A stretch of 64,000 nt of DNA. Origin: an uncultured Acidobacteriota bacterium. Lineage in GTDB: Bacteria > Acidobacteriota > Terriglobia > Terriglobales > Acidobacteriaceae. Location: assembly GCA_963830225.1 (NCBI GenBank), contig CAWHLO010000003.1, forward strand, positions 253,812 to 317,811, given 5' to 3'. A program made the position numbers and the translations under genes. Shown here one piece after another: positions 28,861 to 38,362 of this stretch. Below the pieces are notes generated by a model, which was not told where the DNA came from, ran no database searches, and saw nothing but the letters and a program-made list of their open reading frames with translations. Every line of letters begins with the position of its first letter. Positions within the stretch are counted from its first letter, which is position 1.

Positions 28861-30096
28861 TCACGCACTTCTCCGGAGCTGATCGAAGAGCTTTGTTTTG
28901 GCCTGCTGCATGCGCACGGCGGCTTCGGTGTCGCTGTGCGCCTGGGCGACCCGCAGCAGAGCATTCGGAGTTAATCCGGGGCGCAGGTACTGGGCCGGAT
29001 TGTGCAGCGCCAACAGCGTTTCCAGCGGAGTTTGATAGCGCCGATAGCGGATGCGTTTGCGGCCGTTGGGATCGATGGAGACATCGGGCTGTGCGCAAGG
29101 GCGATGGTAGTTCAGGTAAGGGTTGAGGAAGTCGTGATAGAAGCCGTTGAGCCGCTGGCCATGGCTGGCGTCGATATAGCCATAGCCGATGTGCTTGCGG
29201 ATGATGGAACCGTTCTTGGTCTCCCCCAGGCCGTTATCGTTGGAATGGCGGGGCCGGCTCTTGGTCTGCCCGATGCGCAGCTTGTCGAGCAGGCGGGCCA
29301 CGGTCTTGTTGAGGAACTCGCTTCCGTTGTCGGAGTGAAAGCCCTGGATGCGGAAGGGGAACTGGCGCAGCATAGCCTCCAGCACCGGCTCTAAAAAGGT
29401 CTCTGCGATGCGCGGCGTGGCCACCACGATCTGCCACTGGGTGACTTCGTCGACAGCGTTGATGTGGTAAACGCCCTTGGCATCGGGGCGGTCACCCTGA
29501 TGCACGGTGTCGACGCGGAGAAAGCCAGGCTGGCCGGAGGGGTCGGGCCGACGCCGCTCGCCGATGGACACAGCGGCGGGGCGAGTTCGGGTGTAGGTGC
29601 GCAGCCGTTCCCGGTAGCGGCTGCTCTTGCGCAGGTTGTAGAGATGGGCGACGGAGATCGCCGACAGGCGCTCAAAATCAGCCTTGCCGAAGACGCGATA
29701 CTCGCGTTCCAGGATGCGCCGCGTGGCCGGCCCGGCCAGGGTGCCGTGCGCCTCGTCGACTTGAGCCAGCAGCTCCGTGTCCGCGCGCGTGTAGTGCGTC
29801 GCGAACCGATGCCGCCGATACTCGGTCACGGGCACGCGCCCCGTGGTCATGTAGCGGGCGATCAGCCGCGTCACCTGGGCCCGGCTCAGGCCGGTCATCT
29901 TTTCCATGTAGCGCCGCAACAGACCCCGCGCCGCCTTGCCCTGCGTCGCGTACTGCTGCCCCACCAGGACCTGCTCCATCCAGCCATATACCTCGGCCCG
30001 ATGCCTGCCCTGGAACTGGAGACCTTCGCTGGCTGCTACGAACCGGCGGATCTCCTCCATGCTCAACTTCTCTGCCTGATACACGCGGATGTTCAA
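28861..30096 (-). CDS. Integrase-core (rve) DDE transposase
   Basis: GLSRAQVTRLI (HTH), FLRVDTVHQGD, FHSDNGSEFLN, NDNGLGETKNG, YLNYHRP. Confidence 0.9.
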   Translation of the reverse strand: MNIRVYQAEKLSMEEIRRFVAASEGLQFQGRHRAEVYGWMEQVLVGQQYATQGKAARGLLRRYMEKMTGLSRAQVTRLIARYMTTGRVPVTEYRRHRFATHYTRADTELLAQVDEAHGTLAGPATRRILEREYRVFGKADFERLSAISVAHLYNLRKSSRYRERLRTYTRTRPAAVSIGERRRPDPSGQPGFLRVDTVHQGDRPDAKGVYHINAVDEVTQWQIVVATPRIAETFLEPVLEAMLRQFPFRIQGFHSDNGSEFLNKTVARLLDKLRIGQTKSRPRHSNDNGLGETKNGSIIRKHIGYGYIDASHGQRLNGFYHDFLNPYLNYHRPCAQPDVSIDPNGRKRIRYRRYQTPLETLLALHNPAQYLRPGLTPNALLRVAQAHSDTEAAVRMQQAKTKLFDQLRRSA

Positions 30097-30150
30097 TCCC
30101 CAGCATGCCTTACCCCTTCAGGCTCATCTTGTGCTGGAAGAGACTGGCGG

Positions 30151-30178
30151 TTGCGATCGAAGAGATTTGTGTTATGAT
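30151..30178 (+). promoter_or_regulatory. Putative sigma70 promoter for upxY-like gene 1, abutting the IS target duplication
   Basis: TTGCGA-N16-TATGAT with extended -10 TG. Confidence 0.4.
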
Positions 30179-30347
30179 CGCTCTTGCCGAGGTTCTAAAC
30201 TCTGGTTTCACCAGGTCCAGAATTTACACAGACATAACATCACATACGCAAGACCCTTGTTGCATCGCTTCCCAGACACTTGTCTAACTTACGATCGTCA
30301 TCGCAAGAGGAAAGCTGTGACTAACTCCCCCGAGGGTATTCGTGAAG

Positions 30348-30896
30348 ATGCTTATCAAAGAAATGCCATGGCATGTCCTGCAGGTACGTTCGAATTACGA
30401 AAAGCGAGTTGCTAACCTTCTGACGGTACGTGAGATAGAAAGCTACGTGCCGTTTTACCGGGAGCGCACGAGGTGGACGGACCGAACGGTCATGACAGAG
30501 CGGCCGCTTTTTTCCGGATACGTCTTCGCCCAACTCCCGTCCCGCTCCAGGACTACCGCTCTCACCACCCCCGGCGTAGTGCGCTGGCTGGGTGATGGGG
30601 AGAGGAATCTGGTAAGCCACGCCGAGCTTGACGAGATCCGTAAAGGACTCGCCAGCGAGAAGATGCTACGGCCGCACCGCGGCGTGGCCAAGGGGACGTG
30701 GGTGCGGGTGCGCCGCGGCTTGTTCGAAGGATATGAGGGAATTGTCGAAGAGTTCCGCCAAAACTGCACCTTGATCCTAACCCTTGCCGCCGTACAACGA
30801 AGCATCTCGCTGCAGGTTGGATGCGAAGAAATCGAAGTCGTAGGAAATCCGCCTCGTCACGCCCAATCGCAAGCGCAAGTTTATGGAGCCGCATAA
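30348..30896 (+). CDS. NusG-paralogue transcription antiterminator (UpxY/RfaH-like), copy 1
   Basis: PWHVLQVRSNYEKRV...PLFSGYVF (NGN domain); VRVRRGLFEGYEGIV (KOW). Confidence 0.88.
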   Translation: MLIKEMPWHVLQVRSNYEKRVANLLTVREIESYVPFYRERTRWTDRTVMTERPLFSGYVFAQLPSRSRTTALTTPGVVRWLGDGERNLVSHAELDEIRKGLASEKMLRPHRGVAKGTWVRVRRGLFEGYEGIVEEFRQNCTLILTLAAVQRSISLQVGCEEIEVVGNPPRHAQSQAQVYGAA

Positions 30897-31117
30897 TGCA
30901 CGCGGCTTTGACGCGCTGAATTGGAGTGCTGGATCGGCTCAGGTTTCATACCTGTACCGATCCAGCTCCGGAGCCGGATTCGCGGATTGGCGCCCTGATT
31001 TTTTATCGGGCTGCGCCACTGAGAGAACCTCGCCAGAAGACGGTACTAGGCTCAGCCAGGCTCGGTTCGCTTACAATACTGCAGTTGGCTGACAGGTCGA
31101 TTGGCGTGGACACCGGA

Positions 31118-32383
31118 ATGAGTCACCCGGCTGTCAAGATGGGGCACTGCAAAGAGGCGGTGGTTGGGGTGTGCCTGCTCTTCCTGCTGGCCTTTGCCAC
31201 CACGACCATTTTTGTCAGGGCCGCCTGGCCTCTTCAATTTTTCCAGATAGGCATCTTCGCCCTGCTTGCCGCATATCTGCTCGCAGGGATTCGTCAGGGC
31301 AAGGAGCGCGTTGCAGATGGAGTGGCGCCGTGGCTTGTGTACCTGATCCCCGCCTGGGGAGTGATGCAGATTGTTGCGCATTCCACGACCTTGACCCTGC
31401 AAACCCGCGAGGCGGTACTGCGCTGGGGAGCTTTGGCGGCGGTGTTCTTCCTGGCCCAGATTGTGGCCCGCACGCCCAAGGCCCGCGAGATCGCGCTCCA
31501 CGCCATGCTGTTCTTTGCGACCCTGATGGCACTGCTCTGCCTCACCCAGCTTTTTACCTCGAAAGGCCGCGTGCTGTGGATCTTTCCCACGGGCTATCCG
31601 GATGTGTACGCAACCTTCCCGTCGCACAACAATTATGCGCAGCTCATTGAGATATCGCTGCCGATTGCCCTTTGGTTCTCACTTCGGGAGGGACGACGAG
31701 CCTGGGGGTATGTCCTGGTCTCCGGTTTGCTCTATGCGTCAGTGATTGGTTCCGCGTCGCGGGCCGGCGCTGCTCTCTGCACGGCCGAGTTACTTGCGAT
31801 GCTGGTGATCGGACTCCTTCTGCTCAGACGAGAAGAATTGAAACTGCGCATGCGCTCAATCACGCTGGTTCTGGCGATGGTGCCGCTTGTAGCGGCCACC
31901 TTCACCTTCGTTGTGGGCTGGCAGCGAGTCTGGCAGCGCCTTCAGCAACCTGATCCATACGGTGCCAGGCAGGAGTTCCTCATTTCCGCCATCCACATGG
32001 CCGAGCAAAGGCCCGTGCTGGGATTTGGGCTGGGAACCTTTCCCGAAGTTTATCCAAAGTACGCCATCAAGGATTTCCCCTTTTTTGTAAACCACGTGCA
32101 TAACGACTGGGTGGAATTTGCCGACGACGGCGGAATTCCCTTCCTGCTTCTGGTGCTCATCCCCTTTGCCGTGGCGGTTCCGACGGCGATCCGGCATCCG
32201 TGGGGTCTCGGGCTGGTAGCAGTGATGATCCATGCCTGCATCGACTTCCCATTTCCGCGTCCTGCGGTTTCAGGCTGGCTGTTTGCGATGCTCGGCCTCC
32301 TGTATATGGCGCGCACTGCCGACCGGCATAAGGATCGATCCATGGCTCCCTCCAATCGGGATCATCCTCCTGCAGTGCTGTAA
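31118..32383 (+). CDS. O-antigen ligase (Wzy_C) family membrane protein
   Basis: Multiple TM helices; TFPSHNNYAQ, SASRAG, GFGLGTF...Y, HVHNDWVEF. Confidence 0.85.
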   Translation: MSHPAVKMGHCKEAVVGVCLLFLLAFATTTIFVRAAWPLQFFQIGIFALLAAYLLAGIRQGKERVADGVAPWLVYLIPAWGVMQIVAHSTTLTLQTREAVLRWGALAAVFFLAQIVARTPKAREIALHAMLFFATLMALLCLTQLFTSKGRVLWIFPTGYPDVYATFPSHNNYAQLIEISLPIALWFSLREGRRAWGYVLVSGLLYASVIGSASRAGAALCTAELLAMLVIGLLLLRREELKLRMRSITLVLAMVPLVAATFTFVVGWQRVWQRLQQPDPYGARQEFLISAIHMAEQRPVLGFGLGTFPEVYPKYAIKDFPFFVNHVHNDWVEFADDGGIPFLLLVLIPFAVAVPTAIRHPWGLGLVAVMIHACIDFPFPRPAVSGWLFAMLGLLYMARTADRHKDRSMAPSNRDHPPAVL

Positions 32384-32454
32384 TTCATGCGCCGAGAAGT
32401 CAGTTTGACCGGACGGTCAGGTGCGGGCACTGTAGTTCGCGCAATCGCTCTTAC

Positions 32455-33657
32455 TCATGGGACAGCTTGAATGCGGACAGAGGATAGATCCAGCGAGCCC
32501 GAAATCAGCGTAGTGCCGAGGGACCGCTGGTATATGAGGCGGAGATGAACCACCGATACCCCCGGAGGGATGGAAAACGCGAGTTTTGCACTGGTCCGCG
32601 TGTCGCTGGAAAGATCGGAAGACTGCGCCAGCGGGGATTTCGAACCGGCAGCGATGATCTGCCAACGAAGACCCGTTCCTGGGGCAATTCCCTCAGTGCG
32701 GTAGGAATACTGCATGACGTAATTGCCGGGATTGAGCACAACGGCTTGTTCCGCGATGGTACAGTGATCCGGCTGCAACCCGGAGAACTGAGTCTCCAGG
32801 CCGAGAGGTCCCGGTACGGAGTGACAACCGGAATTCGATGGGATCTTCCAATCGAAACTGACCGGCAACGGGTCGCGCGCAAAGTCCGGGTTGTTCGGTA
32901 GAACACTGTCGGCAACTACCCAGCGCTTTTCAAGCAGGATGGTCCAAATCGTTTTTGCCTGGTCGCCGTCTCCGGCTGCAACCAGATGATCGATGGCAGA
33001 AAACATGAGCGGGACATCTTCTCTGGAATCACCGTATTGAATGAGCCGGGTTGCGATTTCAGATGCAGCAGCGGGTTGGTCCCTGGTGAGCAGGAATTTG
33101 AGATATTGCCTGAGAAGCTTTGGATTGTTATTCACAATCCTTCTCGTGATCTGGTTCGCGTCGGGTGAGACGCGCCAACACAATTCAAACAAGGACTCTG
33201 TGCTGTCTGAGGGCATCGCTGCTGCCCTTCGCGCCCAGGTCCAAAACGCCTTCATGTTGCCGCGGCGAAGATAAAAATTGGCAAGACTCCAGCGGGGCAA
33301 ATAGGTGCGATCAACCGCAAAGGCACGCAGGAGCCATTGTTCCGCTCTGACATAATCGCCTTTCGCTTCATAATCGAGCCCCAATTCGATCTCCGCTCTT
33401 GCCGCATAGGGATTGAGGCGTACCGCGGTAGTCAGCAGCTCTCGGGTGTGTGCGGGATCCAGCTCGGCAAGCCGGACATAGTAAGCCCACGCGTCAGGGA
33501 CCATGGAAATCGCCCGCCGCACCGACGCTGCAGTATGCTGCCGGAACAGGTAGTCCGCACGCGCCAAGGCCCATGAGCACAAAATCGCGACGCAACAGGC
33601 CGCTACGGCTATGAGCCGCAGCGCCGCATTGAGAAAATGCTGTAGGCGTAAGACCAT
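32455..33657 (-). CDS. Membrane-anchored hypothetical protein with TPR-like helices and a C-terminal beta-sandwich-like domain
   Basis: N-terminal TM (LIAVAACCVAILCSW); AV.LNPY..RAEIELGL.YE; C-terminal NNPDF..DP...FDWKI; start ATG 33657. Confidence 0.6.
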   Translation of the reverse strand: MVLRLQHFLNAALRLIAVAACCVAILCSWALARADYLFRQHTAASVRRAISMVPDAWAYYVRLAELDPAHTRELLTTAVRLNPYAARAEIELGLDYEAKGDYVRAEQWLLRAFAVDRTYLPRWSLANFYLRRGNMKAFWTWARRAAAMPSDSTESLFELCWRVSPDANQITRRIVNNNPKLLRQYLKFLLTRDQPAAASEIATRLIQYGDSREDVPLMFSAIDHLVAAGDGDQAKTIWTILLEKRWVVADSVLPNNPDFARDPLPVSFDWKIPSNSGCHSVPGPLGLETQFSGLQPDHCTIAEQAVVLNPGNYVMQYSYRTEGIAPGTGLRWQIIAAGSKSPLAQSSDLSSDTRTSAKLAFSIPPGVSVVHLRLIYQRSLGTTLISGSLDLSSVRIQAVP

Positions 33658-34018
33658 GAAGCTACGAGAGCGATCATATCGCAACAGAATCTTCAAGTCG
33701 GAACTGAAAGTCAGTAAAGGCAGGAAAGCGGCTGTTGGCATGGTGCAGCATGAAGATACCCGGTTCCGGCGACGAACCTCAGTCTCACCGCCAAAGGAAG
33801 TCAGACAAATGCCCACTTTCTGGTGCCGTGCTGATCACCTCATGTCATACGTTCACGAGCGATCGTAGGCTCGAGACGATTCAAAGAATCGTATGACATT
33901 TGTCTAACGCTCTCTTTGTCTCTGAAAATTTAACGTCTTTGAGTTGGAATTTTGGCAGATTCACCTATAATGGCCATGAGTGCGAAAGAAGTCCACAAAG
34001 AACATCAGGAGACTGGAA

Positions 34019-34852
34019 ATGTCCGGGAAACTGTTGGCTATCTTGGCGCTGTCTTGCATCACGAGTTATGCGGCGGCTGGAACGATCGCGCTTGGTACGG
34101 CTAGCGCGCAGGGGCACATGCGTGTGGACGGCTACACGGTGAATGGCGACGCCACTGTCTTTAACGGTTCGGTTGTACAAACCACAGATGCGAGCGCAAT
34201 TCTGCGCGTGGCGCATGGCGTCAAGATCACCATGTCCAAGAGCTCGCGCGGCGCCGTGTACGGCAACCATTTTGTTCTGCAGCGCGGTGAAACAGAAATT
34301 TCCGCGCCCGCTTCGTTTGAACTGCGAGCCAACGGCCTGCATGTGACCGCGAATAGACCGGACTCTGTGGGCATCGTCTCGCTGACGCCGACGAATGCGG
34401 TAGAGGTGGCGGCTGTGAGCGGCAGTTTTGACGTCCGGGACGACCAGGGCCTTCTACTGTCAAATATTCTTCCCGGTCGAGCTCTGTCATTTGCGATGCA
34501 GAATCAAGGAAACATCGCTGCACAATTCCTCACTGTTGCTGGTATGATCAGCCAGGAGAACGGCCATTACTACCTGACCTCTGACGATGGCGTGAAGTAT
34601 GAGCTGATAGGTAAAAGTTTCCAGAAGTATGTGGGCGATAAAGTGGTTGTCTCCGGTGACTTTAACCCTGTTGCTCTACCTGGAGGGGCAGTAGGAACAA
34701 TCACAGTAAAAACAAGTCGCCTCAACGGCCCGGGCGGCGGAATGACCAAGACAGACAAATGGATGATCACCGCAGTTACTTTGGGTGGCGCAGGCGAGGT
34801 GGGGTATGTCATTCACGATGCGCTCCAGTCCCAGCCTCCCGCCAGCCGATAG
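34019..34852 (+). CDS. Exported hypothetical protein with Gly-rich hydrophobic C-terminal tail
   Basis: Signal peptide MSGKLLAILALSCITSYA; ends GGGMTKTDKWMITAVTLGGAGEVGYVIHDALQSQPPASR. Confidence 0.7.
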   Translation: MSGKLLAILALSCITSYAAAGTIALGTASAQGHMRVDGYTVNGDATVFNGSVVQTTDASAILRVAHGVKITMSKSSRGAVYGNHFVLQRGETEISAPASFELRANGLHVTANRPDSVGIVSLTPTNAVEVAAVSGSFDVRDDQGLLLSNILPGRALSFAMQNQGNIAAQFLTVAGMISQENGHYYLTSDDGVKYELIGKSFQKYVGDKVVVSGDFNPVALPGGAVGTITVKTSRLNGPGGGMTKTDKWMITAVTLGGAGEVGYVIHDALQSQPPASR

Positions 34853-34984
34853 ATAATCGATCTTCCGTTAACGAAAGTGTGGTAAAGCAAGTTGCACCAT
34901 CCGCTCAACGCTAGACACTGCCCCCGAACGCCCCGCGGGGTAGAAGACATCACTCGATACCTATGACCGAGCCGGCTACATACA

Positions 34985-35096
34985 TTACTCAAGTAATTAT
35001 CACTTCGCCGTTAAAATGGTTGCTTTTGGCATTACACAAGAAGTGTTATTGCCTTACTTAAGTAACTTATTATAGGTTACTTAGCGTCTGTTACAG
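34985..35096. promoter_or_regulatory. Cluster of AT-rich palindromes upstream of upxY-like gene 2
   Basis: TTACTCAAGTAA (34985-96), TTACTTAAGTAA (35054-65), AAGTAAC-N9-GTTACTT (35060-82). Confidence 0.45.
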
Positions 35097-35288
35097 AAAC
35101 ATCAATCTAGCGGACTTTATTCACCTGATTTGGATGGAGATTCTGGACCATTTGCAGAATCTCGCTTTGGTTTCTTTTTGCAGCCATCCGTCGCTTAAGA
35201 CCTTGGAGTCAATAAAAATTGCCTGACTGAAGGCCGGCACTGAAAGTTCCCCCCGGTTACACCTCTCTAACCCATTTGGAGTCGGATC

Positions 35289-35834
35289 ATGAACCATTCC
35301 CCGTGGCATGTTCTGCATGTATCAGTCAATCAGGAAAGAAAGGCCGCGCAGCATTTGACTATACGCGCTGTCGAGCACTATCTACCGCTCTACACGGAAC
35401 GTTCCCGCTGGAGCGACCGCACCGTCACACTGGAGCGGCCACTCTTTGCTGGTTACGTATTTGTCCGCTTCCCGCCCGAGTCCCGGCGCTCCGTTGTTTC
35501 TACGCCCGGTGTCATTCGGATCCTGGGGAGTGGACCGGCCGATACGGTCAGCAGCGAAGAACTCGACAAAATTCGCGACGGTATCTCCAGCGGACATATG
35601 CTGAGGCCCCATCCGAATCTCGGCGTAGGAACACGGGTCCGCGTTCGCTACGGCGTTTTTGAAGGAGCTGAAGGTGTCGTCACCGAATTGCGCCAACGCT
35701 GCCGGGTAGTGATCGGACTTTCCGCCATCAGGCAATCCTTTTCCTTAGAGGTGGAGCGGGAAGACATTGAGATCCTCGCCGCGAATCGTCCCAAAACAGG
35801 GCGCATGCCGGTACAGAGGTTCGCGATCGCATAG
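35289..35834 (+). CDS. NusG-paralogue transcription antiterminator (UpxY/RfaH-like), copy 2
   Basis: PWHVLHVSVNQERK...ERPLFAGYVF; VRVRYGVFEGAEGVV. Confidence 0.88.
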   Translation: MNHSPWHVLHVSVNQERKAAQHLTIRAVEHYLPLYTERSRWSDRTVTLERPLFAGYVFVRFPPESRRSVVSTPGVIRILGSGPADTVSSEELDKIRDGISSGHMLRPHPNLGVGTRVRVRYGVFEGAEGVVTELRQRCRVVIGLSAIRQSFSLEVEREDIEILAANRPKTGRMPVQRFAIA

Positions 35835-35920
35835 TTATTCGCCCTCGGCAGTCAATACCAGGTACGGCAGTAGTCCGGCCGACCCGCCAGAGAAAGCGGG
35901 TTATCCGGCAGCATTCTGCG

Positions 35921-36463
35921 CTATTGGTTCGCGAATCCGGAGGCGGCACCCACGCTGTGAGCCGCCGTTCCGAAAGCGGGAGCCAACCACCACAACCTGG
36001 AGCCCTGCTTCTTCAACCGGTGACTGACATATGTGCCCAAGCCCGCAAAAACGGCAACGACGCTTATGCGGCCCGCAAGAGACGGCGGCATCAGCGGATT
36101 TGCTTCGCGACAATGATGCTCGGCAACGCAGCGCTGCGACAAGCTCATATCAAGGGCCGTCATCCCAATATTCAGGCCGTTGAGCAGGAAAAATCCCGCG
36201 CCGAGCCTTGGTGAATCGGTTCCCCGAATTGTGAGGTTATTCCTAAGCGGTGACGCCACCGCCGAAGAATCTGATACAGCGGTGGACGGCAGCAGTATCG
36301 AAGAGGCGGCGCTTACCTCTGCGCGTTCCACCGCCGCCGGTGGCGGTGGCGTTTCCGCGTTCCACTGCAGCTGTTTAAATGGAATCAGAGCCTGCTGAGC
36401 AAGGCAGGTCGACCCGCCTATGAGGATGGTCATTCCCAATACAAGTCCAAGCCGTTTTCTCAC
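35921..36463 (-). CDS. Hypothetical exported/membrane protein
   Basis: Signal-like VRKRLGLVLGMTILIGGSTCLA (GTG about 36463); C-x-x-x-H-H-C-REANP; hydrophobic C-terminal segments. Confidence 0.6.
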   Translation of the reverse strand: MRKRLGLVLGMTILIGGSTCLAQQALIPFKQLQWNAETPPPPAAVERAEVSAASSILLPSTAVSDSSAVASPLRNNLTIRGTDSPRLGAGFFLLNGLNIGMTALDMSLSQRCVAEHHCREANPLMPPSLAGRISVVAVFAGLGTYVSHRLKKQGSRLWWLAPAFGTAAHSVGAASGFANQ

Positions 36464-36599
36464 TTCGTCCTCCCGTCGCCGTTTGCTTGCGGTCAACGGG
36501 CCTATCGGCATGAGAACGAAGGGAATGAGAATTTTCGCTCATTCCCGGCAGCTTTTGGTCATCAAAAATCGCTCATGTTGCGCAGATCGGTGCGCAGGA

Positions 36600-37155
36600 A
36601 TTGAGCCACGCATTCCTGAACAGAAAAAATATGGCCGCTCGTGGGATCGCATTCCAGCCTGTCGCGCACCAGACCGTAAAGACCATTGAATCCTTTGCGC
36701 ATGTCGGTTGCATCGGTCCCCACAAAGATCTGCGTAATCAGCCCAAACCCGAACACCACCTAAGCCCTGTCCAATACAATCAACAGGCGTTCCGCCTTTA
36801 GCGCAATGAATCCCCTGATTCACTTCGATCCGACACCCGCTACGAACTCAACAACCAAGGCGATGTCGCAGGTCTCGCTCTTGCTACACCGTGCAGGGGA
36901 CGAGACCACTTCGACGGGTAGCAGAGCTCCGATTCCCCGCTACGGTCTGCTTTGCACCCGTCGACAATATTTTCCAATGTCCCTATGGCCAATTCCCGCT
37001 TCAGGCAAGACGCAGCACGCATCAATCCACTCGCCCCAAACTCCGCAACAAACGCCTCAGCCTCAGCCCGCCTCCGCACCACTCCCGCTTCCTTCATAAC
37101 TCCGGTTCACCACTAAGCGCAGCAACAGAACAGAATGCTCTGCCTGGACGGATAC
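36600..37155 (-). pseudogene. Truncated IS66 relic (left end, degraded tnpA, frameshifted 5' half of tnpB)
   Basis: TnpB motif TDMRKGFNGLYGLVRDRLECDPTSGHIF followed by a frameshift; TnpA-like EF.ASGL.RA..C; end sequence GTATCCGTCC at 37155 on the minus strand; no tnpC. Confidence 0.8.
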
Positions 37156-37334
37156 GCCCTTAGATAGAGGGGTGTTTCCAAAAGTCACTGTGGGTGGAGG
37201 GGGATATGTGTGTCTGCGCACTTTTTCTTAGAGAAATCCGGTCAGCAGTTGGCGGTATGACTTTCCGGTCTGTTTTTGGCCACAATTTCGAGACCGCTGG
37301 GAGCCGACTGTTCCCTCACTCTTTGGATCCTGAT

Positions 37335-38081
37335 CTACTTGACTCGAAAATCAACCAATGTGAACGTCGCCGATCCGCCAAGCATGTTTACACCGTGACC
37401 CCAGAAGTTCTCTCCGCCAAAGGTCATCCCTACCCAGGCAAGGTTCTTGAGCGTATTGGCAAATTCAGCACTGTTATGGTGGCCATAGACGCTGGTCCAT
37501 TTATCAGCGGTGAGTGGTACCTCGAATGTGATAACGGAATTGTCCTTTGAGCCCAGGACATAACCATTGCTGCATGCCCACCAGCGATAATATTCGTGTC
37601 TGAAGTCATCTCCACGCCTCTCCAGAAAGAGGTGAAATGTCGCAGGATCAACGGCGGCCGGATCGACCTCGCCGTTGTAGACTGCGCCGGAAGAGGAATT
37701 TATCTGAAAAGTGATGCTTACTTCGGTGGGCAGGGACGAGGAGAAATAGGGTGTCTGAACGTATTTTATCGAGCCCGGCGTGGCAGGAAGGGTGATGGAC
37801 CAGGCGCCTGTGCTCGATGGCAATGGATGATCTGGCATATCCTTGCCATACAGGATGTACCAGGATTGCGGATTCAGAGAAATGCTGCCAACTTGGGCCG
37901 GATCCACGTTTGGCGGTCCAGAGTATCCTCCACATGCCGTGAGAACCAGGCACGCCAATGACATTAGAACGCCAAGGCAAATAGATCTGCGACCGCTCAG
38001 CCAATGTTCTACCTTGTCGTATCTGCTACTGCTCTCGCACGACGACAGTGTCGAGTGTCGCGTGTCACTAGATTGGAACAT
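37335..38081 (-). CDS. Hypothetical lipoprotein (true start uncertain, probably at or just upstream of 37964)
   Basis: Lipobox-like LVLTAC-GG; aromatic-rich beta-type body (YRWW, WTSVYG, WVGMTFGG), C-terminal FTLVDFRVK. Confidence 0.6.
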   Translation of the reverse strand: MFQSSDTRHSTLSSCESSSRYDKVEHWLSGRRSICLGVLMSLACLVLTACGGYSGPPNVDPAQVGSISLNPQSWYILYGKDMPDHPLPSSTGAWSITLPATPGSIKYVQTPYFSSSLPTEVSITFQINSSSGAVYNGEVDPAAVDPATFHLFLERRGDDFRHEYYRWWACSNGYVLGSKDNSVITFEVPLTADKWTSVYGHHNSAEFANTLKNLAWVGMTFGGENFWGHGVNMLGGSATFTLVDFRVK

Positions 38082-38362
38082 AGAGGATATATCGGAACAA
38101 TCGACAGGAACTTCACGGCGGCGTGGGTAAGTAGCCGTGCTTGAGACTGTACGGAATAAAGGAACCGTGATCGGAAAGTTTCGAGGATCAGTCGCCGGAC
38201 TTGTTCGCTGAGAGTCTCATGCTGCAACGTGGTCCGGATGATAAAGAGTAGATTGAACAAACGTTACTCTATTTTTTTCGAAGCTGTAATCAATGTCGTG
38301 TTTGCAGATTAACTAACTATAAGTTACTTTGGTTAGCACTTCTCGGAAAATGGAGTGATTTA

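Larger units (their letters stand above)
27537..30145 (-). mobile_element. DDE/rve insertion sequence (ISNCY/IS481-like), about 1.45 kb without the nested IS630
   Basis: Imperfect TIRs AGTCTTTTCCAATCGAAAGATGAGCCTGAAGG (27537-27568) and reverse complement AGTCTCTTCCAGCACAAGATGAGCCTGAAGG (30115-30145); 5-bp TSD GGCGG at 27532-27536 and 30146-30150. Confidence 0.88.
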
